In this document: in pieces, positions 46,581-62,414 of the stretch
Layout: each line of letters starts with the position of its first letter
Numbering within the stretch: the first letter of the stretch is position 1
NCBI GenBank assembly: GCA_050613775.1
Contig: JBODTK010000107.1
Span: 1-64,000 of the forward strand
Length of the DNA stretch: 64,000 bases
DNA from: Neocallimastix sp. 'constans'
Lineage: Eukaryota
Direction: 5' to 3'
Made by a program: the position numbers and the translations under genes
The notes under the pieces: model-generated
What the model saw: the letters and a program-made list of their open reading frames with translations, nothing else
Databases searched by the model: none
Told to the model about the DNA's origin: nothing

Positions 46581-48946
46581 ATAATAAATAATAATAATAT
46601 GTAATAATTAATAAATAAATAATTATAGTAATACTGCCTTATAATAAGAGATGATAGTTATATGATTTTAATGGAAGTAATATTTTATAAAATTTTTTAG
46701 GAGAAAAAATTTTAAAAAGTATTATAACATTAAAACATGTTAATATGGTAATATGATATAATATAATATGTGCCTTTTAAAATTTAAATTTTTACAATTA
46801 TTTAAAAATTATAATGTTAATTATAATTATGTTTTAATAAAATAATATAAATAATCTAATAACTTTATTTAATGTAAAATAATATCTATTAGAGTTTACT
46901 TTGTATTACCTATTCTATTCTATATTAATTTCTATATTAAACTCTACATTGTATGTGAAAATTACGTATTAAATGTATACATTATACATAGAAAATTTTC
47001 AAAAAATTTAAAAAAAATCCATGAAATAAATAGGATTATTTTTTTTTTACATATATATTAATTTTGCTTTTGATTATGATTATAGTTTATAGTTAATATA
47101 TTTATTATTTTTTTTACTTTTATATAAATAAAAATTTTTATATGATATTTTGAAGTAGTGTTGTATTATAAACATCATAATTAATGTTAACTACATTAAT
47201 AGTTTTATCGATGGTTCAATATTATTTAGTAATTTTTCTCAAAATTTTTACTTATTATTTAATTACTAATTAAAAAATCATTATTAATATTTGTCATTAT
47301 AATTAAATGATTAATAAAGTTAAACATGGTTTCTATATATATTATTTTTAAATTATTATATATTATAAATATATTTATAACATTTATTATAATCAAAATG
47401 CTTAAAAATTAATGTTATAGTAATACTATGTATAGAAATAGTTTTTAAACTATAATTTTTTTTTAATACGAAAATAAAAACAATAGTTATAGTGCAATAT
47501 TTTACATAATTATATTATTAAAAAAAAAAAAAAAAGAAAAATATAAGATATATTAACTTTATTATTAATAACAAAAGCAAAGCTTTTGTTACATATATTA
47601 AAACTAAAAATTAGTATTTTTAAATAATACTTCTACATCAATAATTTTCATATTTTTATAATATAAACTATTCACTTTTTTTTTGGATTGAGAATTGTAT
47701 ATATTTATATATATATCTATTTAAATATTTAATATATTTAGTCTTTTTATAAATAGTATTTATTTATTCTTATTTGATCTTTTTATAAGTAGTATTTATT
47801 ATTATTATTATTATTATTATTTAATATTTTTAATTTTTGGTTAAAATCATCCATAAATGAAAATTTTTATAGAATAAAATATATTACTGTTTTTAACCAA
47901 TAGTTTTTTAATTTAGGTTATACAAAGTCAAAGTCATTGAAGGCAAAAGGAAATAAAAAACAACCCAATAATAATTGATGGAAATTAAATTAAAGATAAT
48001 TTTTTTTTTTAAATATTATTCTAAATTTTCTATATTCATATGAAATGAAATAACATAAATTTATAAATTTGTGATTATGCTTATGCAATATGCATTCTTA
48101 TATCAAAATTTATAATTTTAACAATTCATAGTTCAGATACTTCTTTTTTTTTTTTTTTGATTTTTTAATTTAACCAAATTATTCTTGCATACATACAGAT
48201 AATTTATTTATCATGAATATATATTGATACTATGATACTATTTAAAATATTTCATCAAATCGTAATATTCGATTTATAATAAATAGTATATATTAAAGGA
48301 GCAAAAATACTTTTTTTTTTTTTTTTCTTTGAATTAATACTTTTATTGGAAATATTTTTTTTCTGTTCAATAGTATATTAAATTTTTTAAATATTATATA
48401 TAAAATCTTCTTTTTATTGTTTTATTTTAATTTGAGATATATTTTTAAGATTTGAAGCCAATAGAATTAAAACAAAATTAAAAAAAAAAAAAAGAGTGCA
48501 TACATTATTTCTTACATTACATACTTAGAAAATATATCTATTGTATGTATGCATAAATTGTACATTATGAAAGTTTTAAAAAAGAAAATATTCCATCTTT
48601 AGATAAAGATGGAATACATTTATTATTTAAATATATATTTAATATATTATCATTTTATTGCGATTTTAATATTCAAACATAATAGTAATACTAATAAATA
48701 ATTATTGATATATATTGTTAATTTATTTATTTAATATAATAATAATAGATAAGTATTATAAGTATTATAACAAGAAGAGAAGTGGAAAATACATTCATGT
48801 TATTTTATATATAATTTATATCACCTGAAAATATTTGTAACAGAATGTGGTTCATTTCGCCAATTTTTATAATACAAATTTTCAATACGCCATTTATTTT
48901 TAATGGCTTGTAAAATTTTTTGTTGACGCCATAAAAATTTTAATAA

Positions 48947-49925
48947 AATTATATGTAAAAAAAAATAAATGTATAAATAAATAAACAAACAAATAAATAA
49001 ATAAAGAATGTAATAAGTATATAAAATAAAATAAATAGTAGAAATATGAATATAAAGTACAGATTTAATAAAATAAAATAAAATAAAATAAAATAAAATA
49101 AAATAAAATAAAATAAAATAAATAGTAGAACTATGAATATAAAGTACAGATTTAATAAAATAAAATAAAATAAAATAAAATAAAATAAAATAAAATAAAT
49201 AGTAGAACTATGAATATAAAGTACAGATTTAATAAAATAAAATAAAATAAAATAAAATAAATAGTAGAACTATGAATATAAAGTACAGATTTAATAAAAT
49301 AAAATAAAATAAAATAAAATAAATAGTAGAACTATGAATATAAAGTACAGATTTAATAAAATAAAATAAAATAAAATAAAATAAATAGTAGAACTATGAA
49401 TATAAAGTACAGATTTAATAAAATAAAATAAAATAAAATAAAATAAATAGTAGAACTATGAATATAAAGTACAGATTTAATAAAATAAAATAAAATAAAA
49501 TAAAATAAATAGTAGAACTATGAATATAAAGTACAGATTTAATAAAATAAAATAAAATAAAATAAAATAAATAGTAGAATATAAATATAAGTACAGATTG
49601 AATAAAATAAAATAAATGGTTGAAATATAAATATAAAGTACAAATTGAATAAAATAAAATAAAATAAAATAAAATAAAATAAATAGTAAAATTATGAATA
49701 TAAAGTACAGATTTAATAAAATAAAATAAAATAAAATATAATAAAATAAAATAAAATAAATAGTAGAATATTAAATATAAAGTACAGATTGAATAAAATA
49801 AAATAAAATAAAATAAAATAAATAATAGAATATAAATATAAGTACAGATTGAATAAAATAAAATAAAATAAATAGTTGAAATATAAATATAAAGTACAGA
49901 TTGAATAAAATAAAATAAAATAAAT
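48947..49925 (+). repeat. Left arm of foldback satellite
   Basis: ~62-bp units TAGTAGAACTATGAATATAAAGTACAGATT + (AAAAT)n. Confidence 0.9.
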
Positions 49926-50164
49926 ATCTAATAATTTTTTATTAAAGAATATTACAGATCAATGTTTTAGAAATGAAATTTTTTTACATTTTTATTGTAT
50001 TCAATTGATGATGTAATTTAATATATAAAACAATATTATTGATTGTTAATAATCTCATTAAATATAAATGATTTTTTCCTTTCTAACATATATAATTAAA
50101 TAAAACATTTTATTTTTAAAAATAAATCGTCTTTAATATTCTTTAATAAAAAATAATGATAAAT

Positions 50165-51341
50165 ATTTATTTTATTTTATATATTAGTACTTTTATATTA
50201 TTATATTCAATATTTATTTTATTTTATTTTATTACTTGTACTTTTATATTATTACATTCAATATTTATTTAATTTAATTTTATTTTATTTTATTCAATCT
50301 GTACTTTATATTTAATATTCTACTATTTATTTTATTTTATTTTATTTTATTTTATTTTATTTTATTTTATTTTATTTTATTTTATTTTATTTTATTTTAT
50401 TTTATTTTATTTTATTTTATTTTATTAAATCTCTACTTTATATTCATATTTCTACTATTTATTTTATTTTATTCAATCTGTACTTTATATTCATAGTTCT
50501 ACTATTTATTTTATTTTAGTCAATCTGTACTTTATATTCATAGTTCTACTATTTATTTTATTTTAGTCAATCTGTACTTTATATTCATAGTTCTACTATT
50601 TATTTTATTTTATTTTATTTTATTTTATTTTATTTTATTTTATTTTATTTTATTCAATCTGTACTTTATATTTAATATTCTACTATTTATTTTATTTTAT
50701 TTTATTTTATTTTATTTTATTTTATTTTATTTTATTTTATTTTATTTTATTTTATTAAATCTCTACTTTATATTCATATTTCTACTATTTATTTTATTTT
50801 ATTCAATCTGTACTTTATATTCATAGTTCTACTATTTATTTTATTTTAGTCAATCTGTACTTTATATTCATAGTTCTACTATTTATTTTATTTTATTTTA
50901 TTTTATTTTATTTTATTTTATTCAATCTGTACTTTATATTTAATATTCTACTATTTATTTTATTTTATTTTATTTTATTTTATTTTATTTTATTTTATTT
51001 TATTCAATCTGTACTTTATATTTAATATTCTACTATTTATTTTATTTTATTTTATTTTATTTTATTTTATTTTATTTTATTTTATTTTATTTTATTTTAT
51101 TTTATTTTATTTTATTTTATTTTATTTTATTAAATCTCTACTTTATATTCATATTTCTACTATTTATTTTATTTTATTCAATCTGTACTTTATATTCATA
51201 TTTCTACTATTTATTTTACTTTATTTTATTTTATTTTATTTTATTTTATTTTATTTTATTTTATTTTATTTTATTTTATTTTGTATACTTGTACTTACTA
51301 TTACATTATTTGTTTATTTATTTTTTTTTTTACAAATAATT
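50165..51341 (-). repeat. Right (inverted) arm of foldback satellite
   Basis: AATCTGTACTTTATATTCATAGTTCTACTA + (TTTTA)n, the reverse complement of the left-arm unit. Confidence 0.9.
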
Positions 51342-51440
51342 GAAAAACTAATTTTTCAAAATTAGTATTTAGAATAATATTGGATAATTAATATAATAAT
51401 TTTAATTATATAATTAAAAAATATTTATAAAAATATAGAA

Positions 51441-52464
51441 ATGGAAAAAAATCTTATTATCGATATAAGTGAGTCTAACAAAGGAAAAAAAATAAATTAT
51501 TATTAATAAAAAAAATAAATTTAATTTTTTATATATAAGAAAAGATAATTCAAAAGTTTATGTACAGAAATAAATGTAAATCTTTTATTATTTTAAATGA
51601 TAAGAAAGAAATCTTAAAATATGATAGTTCACATAATCATCCTGAAAAAGAATACGATGTATCTCTATCTATAATGAAACATAAAATTAAAGATGGAATT
51701 GAAAAAAAGTTCAATTCCATGGTATAAAAATAAAACCCCTATATAATAAAATTTCTAAGGAAATGTGATTTATATGTTCAGAAGATAATTCAATTAAATC
51801 CCAAATATCAAGAAATTTAAATAAAAACTACCATCCAATGTAACAACATTTACTGAAATTTCTAATGAATCTGAATATTATAAAACAAAGTGAGGTGAAA
51901 ATTTTATGATATTCAAAAAATATTAATTTAATAATTTTTCAATCTCCTTTTCAAGTAAAATTATTTAAGGAATATAATGATGATATATTTGTTGATGGTA
52001 CATTTTTTATTGCCCCTAAATTTAGTTATCAAATATTTATTACAAGAACTTACGCTAAAGAATTAGATAGTTTTTACACTACTTCTTTTGCAATATTACA
52101 AAATAAAGAACAAGAAATATATAAAATATTTAAAAAATTAAAAAAAAAGCTAGTATATGTAACAATAATATTATAATTGCAGAATCAATAGTTATTTAAA
52201 TAATTTATTTCTAACAATACCATCTTATTATAAATTAAAAGATAAATTAAATGAACTTAAACATTTGCCATATTATGATTATCAAAGAAAAATAAGAGGA
52301 ATTTAGAAAATAAAAAAAAGAGCAATAAATAAAGCTAATGAAATCAGTGTCTTAATTGAACGCTACAAAAATATTGAAACCAAGTTAATTGATACTAAAT
52401 GTGATAGAAATAATACTATTAATTTGTGGTTTGATTGTTTAACTGATTTAAATAATATAATATA
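51441..52464 (+). pseudogene. MULE transposase pseudogene
   Basis: MEKNLIIDISESNKGK.., HNHPE.., IFVDGTFFIAPKFSYQIFITRTY (MULE DGTF..YQ motif); frameshifts, stops and apparent internal deletion. Confidence 0.82.
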
Positions 52465-53165
52465 AATATTATTTTATAATAAAAAATTAAAAAATGAGGA
52501 ATAACCAAACGAAATAATCAGAATTCTGTCATTCAAAAATTTAATTTATAAAGCTTATTAAATTTATACAGTTTAAATAAATATTCAAATACGTCTCTAT
52601 AATTATTAATTTTATCATTATAACTATTATTTTTTTAATAACATTTAAATAAAAGAATTATTATTAATAATATTTATATTTTTAATAACATTTATATTTT
52701 TATATAATTTTTTTTATTAATAGCATTTAAATAAAAGAATTAAAATCATAAAATCTAACCATTATATGATTTATTTAATTATTCACTTAATAATTAATTT
52801 AAAATTTGAAATAACAAAATAATACAATAAAATAATATTATGTAGCATAAAATATCTATAGCCACAAATTTATATATATCACGTGAAAAATTGGCGTAAT
52901 GCAACCTCCCCTTTGTATATACCAGTTACTCAAAATATTTAAAAGTATTATTAACATAAATTTATACAATATAAAATATATTAAATTTATATAAAATATA
53001 AATGTAAATACTATTAAATGATAAATATAAATATAATATAATATAATATAATATAATATAATATAATATAATATAATATTTGTTTAATTCAAAATTTATT
53101 AATAAATAATTTTATATATTTAAAATTTTATTAATTGTACCTTATTTTTTTTTTTTTTTTTTCAG

Positions 53166-54810
53166 AAAATCCAAATAATCCTACAATTCAACCTCCAATA
53201 TATTTTAATAATACAGCTGATCAAAATAATAATACTTATATGGATATTAATCGAGCAGAAGGAGAGAACCTTTCAGATTTTAGTGTAGTTTCTGTTACAG
53301 ATTCCAATAGTTTATCTTTATCTGAAAAATGGATTGCACATCACATTGAGTTGATCCAGAAAGCGAGTTGTGAAAAAAAGGCTTTTGAGAGATTAATTGA
53401 CTAAATTTTAAAATATTCACCTTCTATAGAAAATAGAAGAATGATATATAGAGTTATTGAGAATATCTGGGATGATAAAAATGTATTTGGAGCAACAATA
53501 TTGGATGATGGTACAATTATTCCTTGCCGCGTAGAACGTTTTGAATTTTAACATGGCGTACTAATAACAATCTAATCTGACATGCATTATCAATGCATCA
53601 TCTATGATTTATGGTGTGTCACTTGAGAGGGTTTTAATATTGATTATTTCTATGTGGTCTCCCGATCCACATTTTCTGAGAGCGATAATTATCTTTTTTT
53701 TTTTTTTTTTTTGACAGTTTCGTCTGCGATGATGAGAGTTTCCTTAGGCTAAGTGCGTGTTAATTTGATTGTTTTTTTTTTTTTTTTATTTATTTTTGCA
53801 GCAATTTTACTGTGACCGGTTATCTTATTTAGAATAAATTCTATTAGTTTTTCTTTTTCTATTCCAGACAATTTTCAATAGATGTACTGATAATGGGTCT
53901 GTTAAAGAATCTTCAACCTCAATTTTTCTTGTAACATATTATTTAGAGTAAAATAAACAGTTTTAATGTTGTAATATCGCTTGTGCAAAATTTTTCTAAG
54001 ACTTCCTTAGATGTTGTACCAAGGATTATATTAATTGATGCAGTAAATTCATTCCGTATGATAACAAGTATTCGAATTGAATTGGCAACAAGCGTATTAG
54101 GCGTATTTTGACATAATATGTATAACAAATTTTGAATTATGCTTATCATACATGAACCTTGTGGCTATCTCTTTCCTGGCATAAAATAAGCACCGTTCGA
54201 AACAGGAACACATTCATATGGGTCATGATACAGATAATTCAGGTGCTAATTATTATATATCACAAATGCATTTTATATTTTCCCATTTATCAACTAATTC
54301 TAAAATGAAAAGCAATTTAATAATTTTTTTTTTCAGAATTTGTTCCTTGATGTAATCTTGGCTTGATTGATGGAACTAGACTGTCTGAGATTAACATCTT
54401 ATAGGCTGTGGAATGTTGTATCATAAAACAGGTTAAAGTACTTGTTCAACAAGGAAAGTACTGTCATTTAATATATATATGAGGAAATTCCTAGTATATA
54501 GGTATATATGCATGTAGATAAATTCTACAAAAAGAAACCTTTCTAACTAATATGCAATTACCAAGTAGGCTAGAACGCATCTCATTGAATAAGGTTATAC
54601 TGGTCTCACTTCAAAGGAAAGTTCGGAACTGGAGAAGCACTCCGGGAAAAAGCGTACTATCAAAATTCTCGTCAATATGTATGTATATTCTGTCGTCAAT
54701 GTTGAACACTCAGTAATATCCGTCTATACTAAAGCATATTTAAGTGTTCGAATAGTAGTGACTACCTTAATATTCCGACGCCTTGAAGGGGACTAAATAC
54801 CAGAAGTTAT
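53166..54810 (+). other. Unidentified degenerate coding-like or spliced sequence
   Basis: Locally higher GC, protein-like frames broken by stops, several poly-T+CAG acceptor-like sites, ends at an A-tract; no family recognised. Confidence 0.3.
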
Positions 54811-54917
54811 AAAAAAAAAAAAAGAAAAAAAAAAAGATTAACAATTTAATCATAGATTTTTTATTTTTTTATTTTTTATTTTTTTATTATTTATTTTTTA
54901 TTTTTTTATTTTTTTAT

Positions 54918-55003
<86 letters not shown>

Positions 55004-55013
55004 ATGTTTTATT

Positions 55014-55050
<37 letters not shown>

Positions 55051-55362
55051 ATTTTTTATTTTTTATTTTTTATATTTTATATTTTATTTTTTATTTTTTA
55101 TTTTTTATTTTTTATTTTTTATTTTTTATTTTTTATTTTTTAATTTTTTAATTTTAAATTTTTTATTTTTAATTTTAAATTTTTAATTTTTTAATTTTTT
55201 ATTTTTTAATTTTTTATTTTTTATTTTTTATTTTTTTTTATTTTTTTATTTTTTATTAATTTTTAATTTTGATTTTGATTTTTTTTTGAATATTATATTT
55301 TTTATTGTAATACATATATTATTCATATATAATTGTTATTTGTTTATTATATATATATATTT

Positions 55363-56245
55363 TTAAAGGAATCTTGGCTTGTATTTAAATTTATCAGCGA
55401 ATTCTTTTACTCTAAATTATATATTATAGTGTATTATAAATTATATTCATTATATATATTTATTTTATAAATAAATTAATATTAAAATAAATAACTATAT
55501 ATATTTATATTTATTTTATTTTTTTTATTTATTTATTTTTTTTTTCTTTATTATTATTATTATTATTATCTATTTTATTTTAATTTTATTATATTATTTT
55601 AAAATGATTTATTCAATAAATTAATTTAATAATTATTGACTAATGACGTACTGTTTTGGAATTTCTTTTAAAGTTTCTTGAGCAAGCAATCCTGGATCAT
55701 TAATGTAATCACTAATAGATATTAAAGAATATTTTTTGTTAGTTTTTATTGTTATTAAATAAAAAACAAATAAACAACCAAATATATATATGTTAACAAA
55801 TTATTATATATATATTATTTAAAAATAGAAAAAAAAAATAAAAAAATAAATAAATAATAATTATAATAATAAAATTTACGCTAATGGAACGAATTGAACT
55901 ATATCTCTTGTGGAGTATTTATTATTAAGTTTTAAAACTTTATTATCACCATCAAGTTTTTTCATATTTGTAAAATCAGCATTACCAACACCAATAATAA
56001 TAATAGACAAGGGAAGCTCATTAGCATTGATAATAGAAGCTATAGTTTTTTCCATATCTGAAATAGCACCATCTGTAATAATTGTTAAAATGTAATATCT
56101 TGGTAATGGATTATTTTGACCTGGTGGAAGTAAATCTCTTTTAGCTTCTTCAGAAATCTTTTTAATTATTGGTGAAAAATTGGTTGGACCATCTGTTAAA
56201 TTGATAATAAAAATATTATAAAATCATTATATATTATATATATAA

Positions 56246-56278
<33 letters not shown>

Positions 56279-57300
56279 GTTGTTATTGTTGTATCATTTT
56301 AAATATAGGTTAATATTTTTTTAATTATTTATGAAATTTATAGTAATATTATAAATTATTAAATATATATATATATATATATTTTTATTTTTATTTTTAT
56401 TTTTTTTTTTATATTACAAAGTTTTGTAGTTTGAAGAGCATGAAAATAAGCATTTAATATGCCAGCTACACCTAAAACAGATGGATTATTTGGATCACCT
56501 GTTAATGAACAATCAAATTCAACTTCATTTCTATTAAAGAACATTCCTCCATAACCATAAACTTCCATATATCTAGTGGTGTCATATGGTTCTAAAACAT
56601 ATCCAATTGATGATATAGCTTTCTGATATTCATTTAAAGTATAGAAATTATTCATATCATAATTTGGTGTTCTATAATGTAGGGAATTAGAATTATTAGG
56701 ATCACCTAAATAATTTAATAAATTGATTAAAAAAAAATTAAATATTCAATGTACAAGTAAGATTAAAAAAAAAAAAATAAAAATAAGATATAGATAAATA
56801 AATATATGATTTCAATAAAAGAAAAAATTATAATATATATATATACCATTACTAGCAGTAAAGTCAATAGCAAAACTAACAGCTACTTCTGTTCCATTCA
56901 TTGGGAAATCTATAAATGAATATTTTCTGACTCTTGTAAGATTTTCGAATTTGATGACACCAGAATTTTTATATTTACTTCCCTTTTTGGCTTTTTTCTT
57001 TTCATTAATAAGTTCAAAAGTATTTTGCTCAAATAATACTCTTGTTGTTGCTTTAAAAATACCAATTAAATCATTAGATGAGTTTTTATCATAATCGTAT
57101 ACTAATATGAAATTGATTAAAAAAGTTAATAATATAATACAATATATATTATTAATTATTATATATGAAATAAATACTCTTATAATTAAAATATGCAATT
57201 TTTTTTATTATTATATTATTATATTATATCTGATATATATATCATACTTCATCATTAAATTATGAAAATAAATAATAAAATAAAAATAATATAAATATAT

Positions 57301-57390
<90 letters not shown>

Positions 57391-57714
57391 AATTACCTTC
57401 CCACAAAAGTAATTTATCTGGATCACCATTATTAAGGGAAATCTCTGGTATTCTAATATTTTTCCATTTAGGATTTAATGTATTCTTAATAACTGGGGTT
57501 TCAAATATTTTAACAAGTGAACTATCATTTTCAATTCTTGAAATAATAATAAATGGATCACTTTTACCAAATGTATCCTATATAAATTAAGATTAATATA
57601 TTATTTAAATTTTTATTTTACTTTATTTTTTTTTATTTATATTTTTTATTTTTATTTTTATTTTTTGGATATTTCTTTTTTTTTATTATAACTAATTTTT
57701 TTTTCTTTTTTTTC

Positions 57715-57752
<38 letters not shown>

Positions 57753-58952
57753 TTTATTTTACTTTAACTTCATTTCTTCATTTTATATCATTTTATTTCC
57801 TTATTTTTTTATTTCCTTATTTTTATCCTTTTTTATTTTCCTTCGATTATTATTATTAATATTATTATTTCTTTTTTTATTATATTAAATTCTTTTATTT
57901 TAAATATAAATATATTTATTTTTCATTTTTATTCTTTTTTATGTAAAAGTAATTGAAATATTTAAGATTTAGAAATACATATAATTTTAAATGAAAAAAA
58001 ATAAAAAAAAAAAGACAAACATATACAATTTATTTATTCATTTCATTTTATTTATCATTAAATATTTTACCTTCTTATCAAGATCACTTCCAATAATATC
58101 CATAGTAAATTCATATGGAGAATTAACAACTTCTTGAATACGAATATTAATTTTTGCTTGTTTGGAAGAAAATTTAGCTTTAGTATTGCTACAATTTATG
58201 CCAGATGGAATTGTTGTTAAAAGGTCACACTGATAAACATTATTTTGACTTCCACTAATTAAATCACCCACAGTTTTTTCTGCATAGCCAATAAAATCAT
58301 TTTTGCTCCATTCATTTGAATCACTATCCATATCAAAAACAACAAATCTTAAATTTTGAATCTTTCATTTATAACCATATAAATGAATTTGTGTAATATG
58401 GTTTAAAAATATAAAAAATAAATAAATAATTAAATAAATAAATAAATAAATATATTAATAAATATATATATATAGATTTTCATTAATTTCATTATTATTA
58501 TTATTATAATTATCATTGTTATCGTTATTATTATTATTATTATTATAATTATTATTATTATTATTATTTTTTTAATTGTTTGTTCGATTGATTTATTGTT
58601 TAATTATTTGTTTTAGTTAAAAATATAAATTTAAAAAAAATATAAAAATATAAAAAAAAAAAAATAAAATAAAAAAAATAAAAATTACCATTTCAAAATA
58701 ATAGTCCATATATATTGATTTAGTGAAGACAGGATTATCAGAATTTTTGATTCTTTCAGTAGAATCTATATTTTCCCAATATGTGTTTTTAGTATTGTTA
58801 GCATATGTTACTTTTTCTTGGAAAATAAAGACTTTTGGATCACTTTTAGTTAAAGTATCAAAATTTGGTAAATTTTCACAAGAAACTTTAATTTCAATTT
58901 TTGAAACTAATTCGGAAGCATTAAAATTAGAATTTGGTGGAGCAATATTCAT
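55363..58952 (-). CDS. Copine (C2A-C2B-vWA), 8 exons, 566 aa: 58952-58689, 58361-58071, 57577-57397, 57101-56847, 56705-56418, 56192-55880, 55711-55652, 55411-55363
   Basis: KSDP C2 motifs, AIDFTASNG, GPTNFSP, ILTIITDG, PLSIIIIGVG, RDIVQFVP, LKEIP; GT-AG introns give a continuous frame. Confidence 0.93.
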
Positions 58953-59599
58953 TTTTTTTTTTTTTTTTTTTTTTCTAAATTGAAATTTGAATATAAAAGG
59001 TAATAAAGATAATTATTTGATATCTATTATTTTACTTATTTACTTAATTAAATATATAATTATTTTATAAGTTTTTTTATTTTTTATTATTAATTTTTAA
59101 TAATATTTCGAATTAATTTTTTAAAATTTTAAAAATTAATTCACCCAAAAGATAAAGTAAAAATTAATATATTCTCCAATTAAATTTTATAAAATTAAAA
59201 TAGTATAATTCAAACTTTTATATAATTGTATTTTTTTTTTTGGTCAGGAATAAACTTTATTTAATAATATTTATAAAGAAAATACATGAAAATAAAAATA
59301 CATAAATTTTATTTATATTAAAAAACTAAGTTATGAGTTTCGAGGGACGAAATGACTTCAAACTCTTCCCATTTATTCGATGATAACTCCTTCGAATTTG
59401 TATCGGAATTTTTTCTTTGTCTTATTATATCTATGGCCTAATGAAATATAAATTGATCATAGTGTAAAAATAAAATAAAATAAAAAAATAAAATAAAATA
59501 TAAAAATAAAATAAAATATAAAAATAAAATAAAATATAAAAATAAAATAAAATATAAAAATAAAATAAAATATAAAAATAAAATAAAATAAAAAAAAAA

Positions 59600-59650
<51 letters not shown>

Positions 59651-59982
59651 AACATAAAATATAATTCATAATATCCCATTATATCTTATTATTATTTGAA
59701 ATCTAGTTAAATAATTCAAATAATAAATATAAGGAAACGAATATAACAATTATAACAATAAATATAAAATATATATTATTTGTTAAAAAAATTTTTTTTA
59801 TTAATAAATATTCATATTTTAAAACATCAATATATATATATATATATATATTCGATGCTAAATTCATACTTCATCTGCATTTAACTAATTTTAATTAAAA
59901 TCACTATTTTAATTATAATTAGTTAAAATCAGTATTTCATGATTTTGTATTATGATATATATATTTTATTATTATTATGGCT

Positions 59983-60052
<70 letters not shown>

Positions 60053-60353
60053 CACTGGATAATATTATTAATTTTTTATTATTAATTATTAATTATTTTA
60101 TTTAAATTACTTTTTTCATTTTTATTATATTTCATATATTTATTTATAATATGGGAATAATATTTATAAATTTAGTGAGTATTTAAATAAAATTTGTTGA
60201 AAACTTTAAATTATTATAGGTATTTATATATATTTATGTTATATAGATTAAAATTGAATTATGTGGCATATAGTTGTTCAAACTTTAAATTATTATATTT
60301 ATTTACTTATTTATTTATTTATTTATGTCTATGTTATATAGATTTAAATTGAA

Positions 60354-60720
60354 TTATGGGGCATATAATGGTTTATATTTATAAAATTTTGAAAATTCTA
60401 TTACTCTGTTTAAAATAAAAAATAATAAATAATTTTTTTTTATTTATTAATAAATAAGAAATTAATTTAATATATATATTATTCGATTAATAATTAAATT
60501 TAAAACTAACTGTTTTGGTATTTCTGCTAAGGTTTCACAAGCTAATAAAGATGGATTATCTATAAATTTACTAATATAATATATATATCAATAATTATAA
60601 TAAAAATAAATTTAAAAATTAACAATTATTAATTTGACTGTATTAATTATATTTATTAAATATATAAATATAAAGATTATTTAATTTCAATATTAATAAA
60701 TATATAATCAAATGACTAAT

Positions 60721-60768
<48 letters not shown>

Positions 60769-61197
60769 ATACGATAGCGGAACAAATTGAACAATATCTC
60801 TTTCAGCATATTTTCCATTAACATTTAATTTTTCTTCATCACCATCTAATTCTACCATTGAATTAAAATTACCTGAACCAACCCCAATTATAATAATTGA
60901 TAGTGGACAATCTGATGCATTAATAATTGCTTTTTTTGTATTTTCCATATCACTAATTTCACCATCAGTGATAATAGTTAGAATATAATATTTAGCCAAT
61001 GGTGCATTTTGATTTTTTGGTGGTAAGCCTATTCTTGTTTTTTCAGCGATTTTATTAATAATTGGTGCAAAATTTGTTGGACCCCCTTTAATTAGGATAA
61101 ATAATTATTTAAAATATTTTATTAATTAAAAAACAATAAAAAAAATGTTGATAATTATTAGATTATCAATTTTTTTATGTTAATGTGATATTATTAT

Positions 61198-61230
<33 letters not shown>

Positions 61231-62383
61231 TATTTATTAAATAATTATATATTTATATAAATATAACTTCATATTACAAATTTTAACAGTTTCTAGAGCA
61301 TGTGCATAAACTTGTAAAATACCATTAACACCAAGAACTGCTGGATAATTTGGATCTCCCGTAAGGGCACAATCAAATTCTACACATTCTCTATTAAAAA
61401 ATCTTGCACCATAACCATAAACTTCCATATACTTAGTACTATCATAAGGTTCTAAGACATATCCAACAGCTGCAATTGCTTTTTGATATTCATTTAAAGT
61501 TGAAAAATTATTATAATCACAGTTCGGTGATCTATAATGTAGTGAATTTGGATCAGTGACTTCGCCTTTTTATAAATATAACATATATATGAAAGATGAA
61601 AGTAATCAAAATATTATATATTAATATAATTTTTGAAAATTAAAAAAAATTTATTTATATATTTATTTTTATTTTTTATTTATTTATATACATATATATA
61701 TTTTCTTACCATTACTTCCTGTAAAATCAATTGCAAATACAACTGATATTTGAGTACCCAACATTGGAAATTCTATAAATGAATATTCTTTACTATATGT
61801 AATATTTTCAAATGACATAATACCAGAATTTTTATAATCTTTTCTTTTTTTTTTATATTTTTCTAATTTATTAACATTGATGATATTAAATCTTAAACCT
61901 TGCTTTATCATATTCATTGATGCTTCAAAGCTTCCTATAAAGTCTGGAGATTTATTTCTATCCCAATCATACACTTGATATTATTTTTAGATAATTCATA
62001 TATAGGTAATGTTCTTATAATTAATATTTACTATTTATTATTGTTATAATATATATGTGTATATATTAATTAAACTAGTATTGATTTTTTACCTTCCCAT
62101 AATAACATTTTATCATCATCACCACTATTAAGTATATATTCTTTTATTTTTACACCAGTCCATATTGGATTTAGAGTATTTTTAATGACTGAACTTTTGT
62201 AAACTTGAAGACTGGAACCATCTTCTTGTGTTTTTGATATAATAAAGTATGGATCACTTTTTCCGAAAAAGTCCTATTTAAATATTCATTATATTTTATA
62301 ATTTAGTTGCAAAGAAATAAATAATCACAATCATTTATGATTAAAAATATTCATTATTATTAATATATATATTTATATATATG

Positions 62384-62414
<31 letters not shown>

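Larger units (their letters stand above)
48843..52911 (+). mobile_element. Decayed Mutator-like (MULE) DNA transposon
   Basis: Imperfect ~26-bp TIRs (GGTT-CATTTCGCCAATTTTT vs reverse complement GGTTGCATTACGCCAATTTTT), possible degraded 9-bp TSD TTTGTAACA/TTTGTATAT, transposase remnant inside. Confidence 0.7.

Noticed and set aside
49030..51220. CRISPR-like array of ~30-bp repeats
   Set aside because: The spacers are (AAAAT)n microsatellite rather than unique sequence, the context is eukaryotic and there are no cas genes.
59335..59410. TTTCGAGGGACGAAA resembling the pre-PPT hairpin of B and C
   Set aside because: No G-tract, LTR or pol remnant adjacent; too short to support.
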